From positions 30 to 64,029 of the forward strand of contig NZ_DAIUJO010000003.1 in NCBI RefSeq assembly GCF_036848755.1: a stretch of DNA of 64,000 bases, read 5' to 3'. The translations under genes were made by a program, and so were the position numbers. The number at the start of each line of letters is the position of its first letter. Positions within the stretch are counted from its first letter, which is position 1. The DNA is from Sinomonas sp. (GTDB taxonomy: Bacteria; Actinomycetota; Actinomycetes; Actinomycetales; Micrococcaceae). Shown here piece by piece: positions 25,526-35,052 of the stretch. The notes under the pieces are model-generated. The model saw nothing but the letters and a program-made list of their open reading frames with translations, was not told where the DNA came from and made no database searches.

Positions 25526-26722
25526 ATGACCGACCAGTTGACCGAGGACGCCGAGGCGACCGGCCGCCGTCGTGCGTCCTTCCACCCGCTCGAGGTGAGC
25601 CAGGTCCGCCGTCTGACGAACGATGCGATCGAGGTGACGTTCGCCGTCCCCGCCGCGCTCGCCGACGAGTACGACTACATTCCGGGTCAGTACGTCGCGC
25701 TCCGCGCCCAGCTGCCCGAGGGCGGTCCGGAGGGCGAACCCAAGGAGGTCCGCCGGAGCTACTCGATCTGTGCCACGCCCGAGCGCTTCGAGGACGGCAG
25801 CAGCGAGATCCGGGTGGCCATCAAGAAGGACCTTGGCGGCGTCTTCTCGACGTGGGCCAACGAACACCTCGCGGCCGGCGACACGCTCGACGTCATGAGT
25901 CCGGCGGGGGCCTTCATCTCGAAGCACCGGATGACGGGCCTCAATGACCCGTCGAGCATCGATACGGACCGCGAGCACACGTTCGTCGCGGTCGCTGCCG
26001 GGTCCGGCATCACGCCGGTCATCGCGATCGCGAAGACCGTCCTCGCCGCGAACGAGAACGTCCGTTTCGACCTGGTCTACGCGAACAAGGCCGCGATGGA
26101 CGTCATGTTCGTCGAGGAGCTCGCCGACCTCAAGGACAAGTACCCGGCCCGCTTCGCCCTCCACCACGTCCTCTCGCGAGAGCAGCGCATCTCGCCCCTG
26201 CTCTCCGGCCGGGTCGATGCGGAGAAGCTCACCACGCTGCTCAACACCGTGATCCACGCCGACGACGTCGACGAGTGGTTCCTCTGCGGGCCTTTCGAGC
26301 TCGTCCAGCTGGTGCGGGACACGCTGTCGGCGCGCGGCGTCGAGCCCGAGAAGGTCCGCTTCGAACTCTTCACGACGGGCACTCCGACCCATCTCGAGGG
26401 GAACATCGGCAGGCCCATCGTGGAGGATGACTCGGGCAGGAACTTCGACATCGAGTTCCGCCTCGACGGACTCTCCGGCGTCGTCAAGAGCCCTGCCGCG
26501 GCGAACGAGACGATCCTCAACGCGGCCCTGCGCGTGCGCCCGGACGTCCCGTTCGCGTGCGCGGGCGGCGTGTGCGGCACGTGCCGGGCGAAGCTCGTCA
26601 AGGGCACGGTAGACATGGCGGAGAACTACGCGCTCGAGCCAGACGAGCTCGAGCGAGGGTACGTCCTGACCTGCCAGTCGCGCCCGACGTCCGACGCCGT
26701 GTCCGTGGACTTCGACGCCTGA
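25526..26722 (+). CDS. paaE: 1,2-phenylacetyl-CoA epoxidase reductase subunit E (FNR-like with a 2Fe-2S ferredoxin domain)
   Basis: It contains 'FHPLEVSQVRRLT...RSYSIC' and a C-terminal 'CAGGVCGTCRAKL'. I chose ATG 25526. Confidence 0.9.
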   Translation: MTDQLTEDAEATGRRRASFHPLEVSQVRRLTNDAIEVTFAVPAALADEYDYIPGQYVALRAQLPEGGPEGEPKEVRRSYSICATPERFEDGSSEIRVAIKKDLGGVFSTWANEHLAAGDTLDVMSPAGAFISKHRMTGLNDPSSIDTDREHTFVAVAAGSGITPVIAIAKTVLAANENVRFDLVYANKAAMDVMFVEELADLKDKYPARFALHHVLSREQRISPLLSGRVDAEKLTTLLNTVIHADDVDEWFLCGPFELVQLVRDTLSARGVEPEKVRFELFTTGTPTHLEGNIGRPIVEDDSGRNFDIEFRLDGLSGVVKSPAAANETILNAALRVRPDVPFACAGGVCGTCRAKLVKGTVDMAENYALEPDELERGYVLTCQSRPTSDAVSVDFDA

Positions 26723-26741
26723 TCCAGGAACTGAGGAGACC

Positions 26742-27524
26742 GTGATTTCACTCGCCATTGCTGACGGCGTCGCCGAGGTGGTCCTCGACGCTCCCCAGAA
26801 GCTCAACGCCGTCGACCCTGCGGCGCTCGCCGAGCTTTCCGAGGCGTACGACGACGCCGCTGCCGCCGCCTCCCGCGGCGAGGTGCGGGCCCTGCTCCTC
26901 CGCGGGGAGGGGCGCGCGTTCTGTGCGGGCCGGGACATCTCCGGCGTCGACCCCGCCGAGGATGACGTGCTCGGATATCTGGGCGGTACCGTGACGCCGC
27001 TCATGCAGAAGATGGCAGCGTTCCCCGCCCCGACCTTCGCCGCCGCCCAGGGGGCCACGCTCGGGGTGGGCCTCGGCCTCCTGCTGGCGACCGACGTCGT
27101 CTATGTCGCCGAAGACGCGAAGCTCGGCTCGCCGTTCGCCAACCTCGGAGCGACCCTCGACTCGGGCGGCCACTGGTACTTCACCGAGCGGCTCGGCATG
27201 CACCGCACCCTCGACCTCATCTACACGGCGGACCTTCTGACCGGTGCCGAGGCCGTGCGCGCAGGCCTGTTCAGCCGGGCCTTCCCCGCCGACGAGCTGC
27301 TCGAGCGCACCCGGCAGACCGTCCACCGGGTCGCGCAGGGCGCCACGAGCGCGTTCATCGCGTCGAAGGAGCTCGTCGCCCAGATCCGGGACCGGCGTCT
27401 GGGGCTGTGGGACTCGATGGACGCGGAGAACAAGGCGCAGGCCGCGCTGTGCGAGTCGGCGGACTACCGCGAGGGCTTCAAGGCCTTCCAAGAGAAGCGG
27501 AAGCCGGAGTTCTCGGGGCGGTAG
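26742..27524 (+). CDS. Enoyl-CoA hydratase/isomerase family protein (PaaG/PaaF-like)
   Basis: It has a crotonase fold ('LNAVDPAALAELSEAYDDA...LLRGEGRAFCAGRDISG'). It follows paaE. Confidence 0.8.
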   Translation: MISLAIADGVAEVVLDAPQKLNAVDPAALAELSEAYDDAAAAASRGEVRALLLRGEGRAFCAGRDISGVDPAEDDVLGYLGGTVTPLMQKMAAFPAPTFAAAQGATLGVGLGLLLATDVVYVAEDAKLGSPFANLGATLDSGGHWYFTERLGMHRTLDLIYTADLLTGAEAVRAGLFSRAFPADELLERTRQTVHRVAQGATSAFIASKELVAQIRDRRLGLWDSMDAENKAQAALCESADYREGFKAFQEKRKPEFSGR

Positions 27525-27549
27525 CCGGACCGGCCGGTAGTCTGGCCCG

Positions 27550-28968
27550 GTGACCGCCTCTCGAAGAGCTTCTCACCATACCCCCAACTCCAGCCACGAG
27601 ACCTCGGTCAACGTCGAGCTGAACCCTCTGTTCAGCCGGCCTGGCGAGGCGTCCGTCTTCCCGCGCTTCACCGTCCCCGAGGGCGAATCGCTGCCCTCGA
27701 CCGCTTATCAGATCGTCCACGACGACGCGATGCTCGACGGCAACGCTCGGCTCAACCTCGCGACCTTCGTGGGCACCTGGATGGAGCCCGAGGCCGGAAA
27801 GCTCTACGCCGAGACGGTCGACAAGAACATGATCGATCGGGACGAGTACCCCAAGACGGCGGAGATCGAGCACCGCTGCTGGCGGATGCTCGCAGACCTG
27901 TGGAACGCGCCGGATCCCACCGACACCATCGGCACGTCGACGGTGGGTTCCTCTGAGGCGTGCATGCTCGCGGGCCTCGCCCTCAAACGCCGCTGGCAGC
28001 ACGGGCGGCGCGATGCGGACAAGCCCACGGAGCGGCCGAACCTCGTCATGAGCTCAGCGGTTCAGGTGTGCTGGGAGAAGTTCTGCAACTACTTCGAAGT
28101 CGAGGCGCGCTACGTGCCGATATCGGAGGAGCACCGGGTGCTCGACGGCCACGGGCTCGAGCAGTACGTCGACGAGAACACCATTGGCGTCGTCGCGATC
28201 ATGGGCGTGACCTACACGGGCATGTACGAGCCCGTGCAGCAGATCTCCGAGGCGCTGGACGAGATCCAGGCCTCCAAGGGGTTCGACGTCCCGATCCACG
28301 TGGACGGCGCGTCCGGTGCGATGATTGCCCCGTTCCTGCAGCCAGAACTCACGTGGGACTTCCGCTTGCCCCGGGTCGTCTCGATCAATACGTCTGGGCA
28401 CAAGTACGGTCTCGTGTATCCAGGGCTCGGATGGGTTGTGTGGCGGAATACCGAAGCCTTGCCCGAGGATCTCGTGTTCCACGTGAGCTACCTCGGCGGC
28501 GACATGCCAACCTTTGCCCTGAACTTCTCCCGGCCCGGGGCGCAGGTGCTCCTGCAGTACTACCTGTTCCTGCGCCTCGGCATCGAGGGCTACCGCGCCG
28601 TCCACGCGGCGTGCCGGGAGGTCGCCGAATACCTGGCCCGGGAGATCGGCGCGATGGAACCCTTCGAGCTGTGGAATGACGGGTCCGACATCCCGGTCTT
28701 CGCCTGGAGCCTGCGCGAGGGCCACACGGACAAGTGGAACCTGCACCACCTCTCCGACCGCCTTCGGATGGAGGGGTGGCTCGTCCCTGCCTATCCCATG
28801 CCGGCCGGCCTCGAGGGCCTCACCGTGCAGCGCATCGTGGTACGCAACGGCTTCACGCGGGATCTTGCTGCGAGCTTCCTCGAGGATCTGCGCAACGCGG
28901 TCGAGTTCCTCGACTCGGCGGACGCTCCGTTCCCTGACCCGGGCCACGCCTCGGCGTTCCATCACTAG
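27550..28968 (+). CDS. gadB: Glutamate decarboxylase (PLP-dependent)
   Basis: It contains 'MLDGNARLNLATFVGTWMEPEA' and the PLP-Lys motif 'SINTSGHKYGLVYPGLGWVVWR'. Confidence 0.88.
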   Translation: MTASRRASHHTPNSSHETSVNVELNPLFSRPGEASVFPRFTVPEGESLPSTAYQIVHDDAMLDGNARLNLATFVGTWMEPEAGKLYAETVDKNMIDRDEYPKTAEIEHRCWRMLADLWNAPDPTDTIGTSTVGSSEACMLAGLALKRRWQHGRRDADKPTERPNLVMSSAVQVCWEKFCNYFEVEARYVPISEEHRVLDGHGLEQYVDENTIGVVAIMGVTYTGMYEPVQQISEALDEIQASKGFDVPIHVDGASGAMIAPFLQPELTWDFRLPRVVSINTSGHKYGLVYPGLGWVVWRNTEALPEDLVFHVSYLGGDMPTFALNFSRPGAQVLLQYYLFLRLGIEGYRAVHAACREVAEYLAREIGAMEPFELWNDGSDIPVFAWSLREGHTDKWNLHHLSDRLRMEGWLVPAYPMPAGLEGLTVQRIVVRNGFTRDLAASFLEDLRNAVEFLDSADAPFPDPGHASAFHH

Positions 28969-28980
28969 CCTTCGATTCCC

Positions 28981-29053
28981 GGCGCTCCTGCCCTGGCGTT
29001 CCATGGCGGGCGGTTCCTGCTCGGGCGGTTGCTGCCCTGGCGGTTGCTGAGCC
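28981..29053. repeat. About five degenerate tandem units of 14-15 bp (GGCGGTTSCTGNNCN)
   Basis: The repeats were read directly, downstream of gadB. The last units can also pair (GCTGCCCT ... AGGGCAGC, 29031-29064). Confidence 0.55.
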
Positions 29054-29111
29054 CGGAGGGCAGCAGCCAAGGGCACTCGAATGTTTATTTGATCGTTCGT
29101 TTGTCTTTCGA

Positions 29112-30752
29112 ATGCAACTTCGATACACTCGTTCCATGATGGGGGCGCGGACAGTTGCGAGGGGGAGGGTTGCCGCGGCGACAGGTGCGGTGGTGGACGG
29201 GCGTGGCGGTTCTCACGGCGAGGATTGGCGCGACGCGTTCAATGGTCTGCTGGGCCGACGCGAGGGCCCGTCGACAGATGAGATCAATTCCTTCCTTGCC
29301 CGGCTCGCTCTCTGTGGCGGCCTGAAGGATCTCCCGGGTCCGGAGCTCATCGATCGGCTTGATGCGCTCGAGAGATTGAAGGCGGCCGCCTCGGGGGAGC
29401 AGGCGCGAGTCCAAGTCGCGTTCGCCGAGCTGTGCGAGGCGGGCATCGATCCGCGCGCCGCTGCCCTCGAGAGTGCGACGGGCCGAAGCGCCGCGAGGAC
29501 TCGCGAACGATCGGCCGCGGCTCAGATAGCACTCGCGCGGAAGGTGTCGCCGTCCCGTGGGGCAAGGCTTCTGGCGATGTCGAAGCGGCTCGTCGGCGAG
29601 ATGCCCCACACCTTTCAGGCCTTGGCAGCAGGTCGCCTCACCGAGGAGCGGGCGCTTTTCGTCGCCGAGGGGGTCGAAGTCCTCTCGGCTGGCGCGCGCT
29701 CTGCCGTGGACGAGGATCTGGCCGGCGATCCGCGGCGATTCGAAGGCTTGGGGGATCGCGGAGTCCAGAATGCTGTACGCGCCGCGGTGGATGCCATTGA
29801 CGACGGCGCGGGCCTCGCCCGTGTGCGCAAGGCCGAGCAGGAGCGAAGGGTCACGGTCAGACGCCTTCCAGATGCTATGGCCCAGCTCACGGCGATCCTC
29901 CCGGTTGCGCAGGCCATCGCGGTCGGAGGGGCCCTCAGGGCGGAAGGTGGGGCCGCGCGGGCGGCGGGGGATGGGCGGACCATGGGGCAGATCGCAGCCG
30001 ATACCCTGGTCGAGCGTGTGACTGGCCAGTCCCACGCCGATGCTGTGCCGCTTCGTGTCGGCCTCGTCATGACGAGTTCTTCTCTGTTCGAGGGTGGCCG
30101 AGAGCCGGCGTTGCTCCAGGGCTATGGGACAGTTGCGGCCGGCCAGGCTCGCGCGATGGTCGCGGCGTCGTCGGGTGGTGGGAGCACTTCGCCGTCGATC
30201 GGCGCTGTTGCATCGGCCGCTCGTCCTTCGGTGAGCGCCGTGCCCAGAGCTGTCGAGTCGGGTGCTCGTCCTTCGGTGAGCGCCGTGCCCAGCGCCGCTT
30301 CCCTCGCCGGGGTCTGGCTTCGTCGGCTCTATCTTGATCCGTCAACCGGTGAGCTCGCCGCCATGGACTCCAAGTCCCGCCGCTTCCCCCGTGCACTTGC
30401 GCAGTTCATCGAGACCAGGGACCAAGTCTGCCGTCGTCCCTACTGTGAGGCTCCAATCCGGCACATCGACCACGTGGTGCCCGTCGCGTCAGGCGGGGAG
30501 ACGAGCGTCGAGAACGGCCAAGGGCTGTGCGAGGCCTGCAATCACGCGAAAGAATCCCTCGGCTGGGAGCACGCGGTGGTGGGGAGTGAAGAACCGGACG
30601 GAACCCGGGGTGACATCCTGACGGTCACGCCTACCGGTCATGAATACTTCTCGCCGCCGCCGACCTTGCCGGGTGCGCTCCCACGGACCCTGCCGCGGGA
30701 AGGGAGGCTGCCCCTGGAAGGGAGGCCGCCCCGGGAGTGGCGGGTCAGCTGA
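29112..30752 (+). CDS. DUF222 / HNH-endonuclease domain protein (REP13E12-like family)
   Basis: The N-terminus is DUF222-like ('ELIDRLDALERLKAAASGEQARVQVAFAE'). The HNH block is 'CRRPYCEAPIRHIDHVVPVASGGETSVENGQGLCEACNHAKE'. An internal 29-bp segment is duplicated at 45-bp spacing (30219-30247 and 30264-30292). Confidence 0.85.
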   Translation: MQLRYTRSMMGARTVARGRVAAATGAVVDGRGGSHGEDWRDAFNGLLGRREGPSTDEINSFLARLALCGGLKDLPGPELIDRLDALERLKAAASGEQARVQVAFAELCEAGIDPRAAALESATGRSAARTRERSAAAQIALARKVSPSRGARLLAMSKRLVGEMPHTFQALAAGRLTEERALFVAEGVEVLSAGARSAVDEDLAGDPRRFEGLGDRGVQNAVRAAVDAIDDGAGLARVRKAEQERRVTVRRLPDAMAQLTAILPVAQAIAVGGALRAEGGAARAAGDGRTMGQIAADTLVERVTGQSHADAVPLRVGLVMTSSSLFEGGREPALLQGYGTVAAGQARAMVAASSGGGSTSPSIGAVASAARPSVSAVPRAVESGARPSVSAVPSAASLAGVWLRRLYLDPSTGELAAMDSKSRRFPRALAQFIETRDQVCRRPYCEAPIRHIDHVVPVASGGETSVENGQGLCEACNHAKESLGWEHAVVGSEEPDGTRGDILTVTPTGHEYFSPPPTLPGALPRTLPREGRLPLEGRPPREWRVS

Positions 30753-30761
30753 CCCTTTGCT

Positions 30762-31214
30762 TCACCTCGTGTCGAGGTCTTCGAACACGAGGAACGTCTG
30801 CGTGTCCAGGACGCCCGGCATGTTCTGGAGTTGGTCGAAGACGACGCGGCGGAGGTCCGTGTTGTCGACGGCGCGCACGAGGAGGATGACGTCGAAGTCG
30901 CCGCCTACGAGGGCGATGTGGTGGATCTCTGGGATCGCCTTGAGCTGCTCGCGAAGCTCGCGCCATGAGTGCTGTCGGACTTTGAGGGTCACGTAGGCGC
31001 TCGACCGCAGCCCCGCCTTGAGCGGGTCCACGAGTGCCGTGTACTTCGTGATGATTCCTTGCTCTTGGAGCTTTGCGATTCGGTTGTAGGCGTGGGCCCG
31101 CGAGATGTGGACGTTCTCGGCGATGGTGGTGACCGAACGTCGGGCGTCCTCGGTGAGTTGGGCGAGGATCGCACGATCCACATCGTCCACGTGACCTCCT
31201 GTGATCTGGATCAT
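30762..31214 (-). CDS. Lrp/AsnC-family transcriptional regulator (BkdR-like by context)
   Basis: It contains 'DRAILAQLTEDARRSVTTIAENVHISRAHAYNRIAKLQEQGII'. It is divergent from the 2-oxoacid dehydrogenase operon. Confidence 0.88.
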   Translation of the reverse strand: MIQITGGHVDDVDRAILAQLTEDARRSVTTIAENVHISRAHAYNRIAKLQEQGIITKYTALVDPLKAGLRSSAYVTLKVRQHSWRELREQLKAIPEIHHIALVGGDFDVILLVRAVDNTDLRRVVFDQLQNMPGVLDTQTFLVFEDLDTR

Positions 31215-31322
31215 TCTCCCGGTTTCGTCTACAGATTAGCCGATTCTGGCTCCAACTTTCCAAGATTTCGCACACTCGTGGATACGAAAAGCCGTTCGGC
31301 GGATACTTGTGGCAACAAAGCT

Positions 31323-31357
31323 TGGCTCAGAACAGGACGTCTGGCTCAGGACAGGAC
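31323..31357. promoter_or_regulatory. Direct repeat TGGCTCAGRACAGGAC x2 (19-bp period) in the lrp/bkd divergent region
   Basis: The repeat was read directly. It ends 19 bp upstream of the E1-alpha start. Confidence 0.35.
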
Positions 31358-31375
31358 ATGCTGCGAGGAGGCATC

Positions 31376-32548
31376 ATGACGATTCCCGCGGAGGCCCAAG
31401 AGGCCGTCAAGCGCTTCGGGATCAGCATCGAGGACTATATGCTCCCGGTGCACGGTCAGATCCAGATTCTCTCGGAGGACGGGACGATGCGCCCCGAGGA
31501 CGAGCGTGGCTCGAGTCCCGGCCACCAATACCCGGTCCCGAGCGATACCGAGCTGCTCGAGGCGTATCGTCGCCTCGTCGTCGGACGCAGGGTCAACGAC
31601 CAGAACTCGGCGCTCGTGCGCCAGGGCCGGCTGGCCGTGTACCCGTCGAGCCATGGGCAGGAGGCCTGCCAGGTCGCGGCGGCTCTGTGCCTCCGCGATG
31701 GCGATTGGATGTTCCCGACGTACCGGGATGCGGTCGCGGTCATGACCCGGGGTGTCGACCCCGTAGAAGCCATGACCCTCTTCCGCGGAGACTGGCACGG
31801 CGGCTATGACCCGCACGAGCGGAACGTCGGCATCCAGAGCACTCCCCTTACGACTCAGCTCCTCCACGCAGTCGGCGTGGCCCACGCGGCCAAGCTCCGT
31901 GGAGAGGAGACCGTGGTCCTCGCGATGTGCGGCGACGGGGCGACGAGCGAAGGGGACTTCCACGAGGCCCTCAACTTTGCGGCCGTGTTCCGTCTCCCAG
32001 TCGTCTTCTTCGTGCAGAACAACCAATACGCGATCTCGGTGCCGCTCGCTCACCAGACCGTTGCGCCGTCACTCGCCCACAAGGCCGTGGGGTACGGGAT
32101 GGCCGGGGAGAGGGTCGACGGAAACGACGTCGTCGCTCTGCTCGCGGTCCTCGACCGCGCTGTGACCCTCGCCCGTGCGGGCTCGGGCCCACTTCTCGTC
32201 GAAGCCAACACCTATCGCATGCAGGCCCACACCAATGCCGACGACGCGACGCGCTATCGCAACGAAGCCGAGGTTCAGGCGTGGGCTGCCAAGGACCCCC
32301 TCAACCGCATGCGGCATTACCTCCGCTCGACGGGTCTGCTGACCGACGACGTCGAGTCCGCCTTTGCCGGCGACGCTGAAGATGTCGCCCAGCAGCTCCG
32401 CGAGGGTCTCAGCGCGGACCCCGAGCTCGACCCCCAAGAGCTGTTCCGCCACGTCTTCACGGAACCCACACCCCAGCTGCGCGAGCAGGCCGCCTTCCTG
32501 GCCGACGAACTCACGCGCGACGAGCAGTCAGGAAAGGAACTCCGATGA
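31376..32548 (+). CDS. bkdA: 2-oxoacid (branched-chain/pyruvate-type) dehydrogenase E1 alpha subunit
   Basis: It has the TPP-binding block 'MCGDGATSEGDFHEALNFAAVFRLPVVFFVQNNQYAIS'. I chose ATG 31376, after GAGGAGG. Confidence 0.85.
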   Translation: MTIPAEAQEAVKRFGISIEDYMLPVHGQIQILSEDGTMRPEDERGSSPGHQYPVPSDTELLEAYRRLVVGRRVNDQNSALVRQGRLAVYPSSHGQEACQVAAALCLRDGDWMFPTYRDAVAVMTRGVDPVEAMTLFRGDWHGGYDPHERNVGIQSTPLTTQLLHAVGVAHAAKLRGEETVVLAMCGDGATSEGDFHEALNFAAVFRLPVVFFVQNNQYAISVPLAHQTVAPSLAHKAVGYGMAGERVDGNDVVALLAVLDRAVTLARAGSGPLLVEANTYRMQAHTNADDATRYRNEAEVQAWAAKDPLNRMRHYLRSTGLLTDDVESAFAGDAEDVAQQLREGLSADPELDPQELFRHVFTEPTPQLREQAAFLADELTRDEQSGKELR

Positions 32549-33612
32549 GCACGGTCGCCGAGGCCGCCGCAGCGCGCGCGGCCGCAGACGCCGAGAGGAA
32601 AGACGGCCCCGAGCCTGTGACCTTCGCGAAGGCGCTCACCACGGCGATGGCGGACGCCATGCGCGAGGACGACGCCGTCGTCGTCTTCGGCGAGGACGTC
32701 GCCAAGCTGGGTGGTGTCTTCCGGATCACCGACGGTCTCATGTCCGAATTCGGAGAGAAGCGGTGCTTTGACACGCCCCTCGCAGAATCGGGGATTGTCG
32801 GCATGGCTCTGGGCATGGCGATGAACGGCATGCGGCCCATCGTCGAGATGCAGTTCGATGCTTTCGCGTACCCGGCTTTCGAGCAGATCGCGAGCCACGT
32901 CGCGAAGATGCACAACCGGACGCGGGGCCGCGTGCGCCTGCCCATGGTGATCCGGGTGCCGTACGCGGGGGGCATCGGCGGAGTCGAGCACCACTGCGAC
33001 TCCTCCGAGGCCTATTACGCCCACACACCGGGCCTCAAGGTCTTCACGCCGGCGACGGTCGCGGACGCCTACCGTCTGCTGCGCGAGGCTATCGCGAGCG
33101 ACGATCCGGTCGTGTTCATGGAACCCAAGAAGCTCTACTGGTCGAAGGAGGCCGTCGACCTCGCGGCCCTGCGAGCGGAGTTCGACGGCGGAGCGACACA
33201 GCGCGCCGAGGGGCGGGCCGTCGTCGCCCGCGCCGGCACGGACGCGACCCTCATCGCGTACGGCCCCGCGCTTCCCCCCGCGCTCGCGGCGGCCGAGGCC
33301 GCGGCCGTCGAGGGCCGCTCGGTCGAGGTCCTCGACCTGCGCACCATCGTCCCGTTCGACGATGAGACGATCGCGGCATCTGTCCGCAAGACCGGGCGCG
33401 TGGTCGTTGTGGCCGAGGCGCAGAGCTTCGCCTCGGTCGCATCCGAGATCGTCGCGCGCGTCCAGGAGCGCTGCTTTCACTCGCTCGCCGCGCCGGTCCG
33501 CCGGGTGGCCGGCTTCGACATCCCGTTCCCGCCGCCGAAGCTCGAGCATTGGTACCTGCCGAGCGTCGACCGCATCCTCGACGCCCTCGACGATCTCCAG
33601 TGGGAGGACTGA
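32545..33612 (+). CDS. bkdB: 2-oxoacid dehydrogenase E1 beta subunit
   Basis: It contains 'VVFGEDVAKLGGVFRITDGLMSEFGEKRCFDTPLAESGIVGMALGMAMNG'. Confidence 0.88.
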   Translation: MSTVAEAAAARAAADAERKDGPEPVTFAKALTTAMADAMREDDAVVVFGEDVAKLGGVFRITDGLMSEFGEKRCFDTPLAESGIVGMALGMAMNGMRPIVEMQFDAFAYPAFEQIASHVAKMHNRTRGRVRLPMVIRVPYAGGIGGVEHHCDSSEAYYAHTPGLKVFTPATVADAYRLLREAIASDDPVVFMEPKKLYWSKEAVDLAALRAEFDGGATQRAEGRAVVARAGTDATLIAYGPALPPALAAAEAAAVEGRSVEVLDLRTIVPFDDETIAASVRKTGRVVVVAEAQSFASVASEIVARVQERCFHSLAAPVRRVAGFDIPFPPPKLEHWYLPSVDRILDALDDLQWED

Positions 33613-34988
33613 TGACCGTGACCCGTGAATTCCTGCTTCCCGACCTGGGGGAAGGGCTGACCGAGGCCGAGCTCGTCCGCTGGCTCGTGGCAGTAGGAGA
33701 CTCGGTCGCCGTCGACCAGCCCGTCGTCGAGGTCGAGACGGCGAAGGCCGTGGTCGAGGTGCCCTCGCCCTACGCCGGCGTCGTCGCCGTCCTGCATGGG
33801 GAGCCGGGGGAGACCGTCGACGTCGGGCGACCCCTGATCAGCATCGATGAGGCTGATGCACGGGCGGCCACTGCTCAGGCTGATGCACGGGCGGCCACTG
33901 CCCGGGCAGCTGAGGCGTACCGCACGGAAGAACGGGCGGGGGCTTCTGGGGCGGGGTCCGGGAACGTCCTCATCGGCTACGGAACGTCGGAGGCGGCGGC
34001 GAGCGGGAGGAAGCGGCGCCGAAAGGGTGCTCCAGCCCCGATCCTGACCGCCCTGAACGGCACCCCGACGCATGCGCCGAAGGAAGCTATCCGGGTCGGG
34101 TCGCCGCTCGTGCGGCGGTTGGCCCGGGACCTCGGCGTCGACCTCCACTCGGTCAAGGGCTCGGGCCAGGACGGGCTCATACTGCGTCGTGACGTGGACC
34201 TGGCCGCCCAGTCGCGGCACCCGGCCGCGCCGGCAACCGTGCCGGACCTGCAACCGGCCGCCACGGACTCGGTCACGGGACTCGGGATCGCGTCGCGCAC
34301 CCCTGTCCGCGGCGTGCGGAAGGCGGTTGCGCAGGCGATGTCGCGCAGCCGCACCGAGATTCCCGAGGCGACCGTGTGGGTCGACGTCGATGCCACCGAG
34401 CTCGTGGCCCTTCGCGAAGGACTCAAGCGCCGAGAGCCCGAGCGCGCGCCCAGTCTCCTCGCGTTCATCGCCCGTTTCGCCCTCGCCGGACTCGAGAGGC
34501 ACCCCGAGCTCAATACCCGGGTCGAGACGAAGGAGGACGGGAGCCAGGAGATCGTCGCGTTCGACGGCGTGAACCTCGGATTCGCCGCCCAGACCGAGCG
34601 CGGACTCGTGGTGCCGAGCATCCGCGGGGCGCATCGCATGAGCGCCCGGAACCTCGACGCCGAGCTCCGCCGGCTCACGGCCCTCGCCCGCGACGGGAAG
34701 GCCGCCCCGGCTGACCTCACGGGAAGTACCTTCACACTCAACAACTACGGCGTCTTCGGTGTCGACGGGAGCGCCGCCATCATCAACTATCCCGAGGCCG
34801 CGATCCTCGGGGTGGGACGGATTCTCGACCGTCCTTGGGCCGTGGAAGGCCGCCTTGAAGTGCGGAAAGTCGTGCAGTTGACGCTCGTCTTCGACCACCG
34901 GGTCTGCGATGGCGGAACGGCCGGAGGCTTCCTGCGGTTCGTCGCTGACGCCGTCGAACATCCGGGCGGCATTCTCGCCGACCTCTGA
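33612..34988 (+). CDS. bkdC: Dihydrolipoamide acyltransferase E2 component
   Basis: The lipoyl domain contains 'FLLPDLGEGLTEAELVRWLV...VEVETAKAVVEV', and the catalytic block is 'LTLVFDHRVCDGG'. The start overlaps the E1-beta stop (TGATG). The linker carries a 27-bp tandem duplication (33851-33901). Confidence 0.88.
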   Translation: MTVTREFLLPDLGEGLTEAELVRWLVAVGDSVAVDQPVVEVETAKAVVEVPSPYAGVVAVLHGEPGETVDVGRPLISIDEADARAATAQADARAATARAAEAYRTEERAGASGAGSGNVLIGYGTSEAAASGRKRRRKGAPAPILTALNGTPTHAPKEAIRVGSPLVRRLARDLGVDLHSVKGSGQDGLILRRDVDLAAQSRHPAAPATVPDLQPAATDSVTGLGIASRTPVRGVRKAVAQAMSRSRTEIPEATVWVDVDATELVALREGLKRREPERAPSLLAFIARFALAGLERHPELNTRVETKEDGSQEIVAFDGVNLGFAAQTERGLVVPSIRGAHRMSARNLDAELRRLTALARDGKAAPADLTGSTFTLNNYGVFGVDGSAAIINYPEAAILGVGRILDRPWAVEGRLEVRKVVQLTLVFDHRVCDGGTAGGFLRFVADAVEHPGGILADL

Positions 34989-35052
34989 GCGCCCATGGCA
35001 GAATCGGACGCACGACCTGACAGACCAGCGTAGAAGTAAGGACGTACGGCGT

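Noticed and set aside
29112-30752. I considered whether the HNH/DUF222 gene marks a prophage or an IS element.
   Set aside because: There is no integrase, transposase, terminal inverted repeat or phage structural gene in the flanks. Only the single gene looks element-like.
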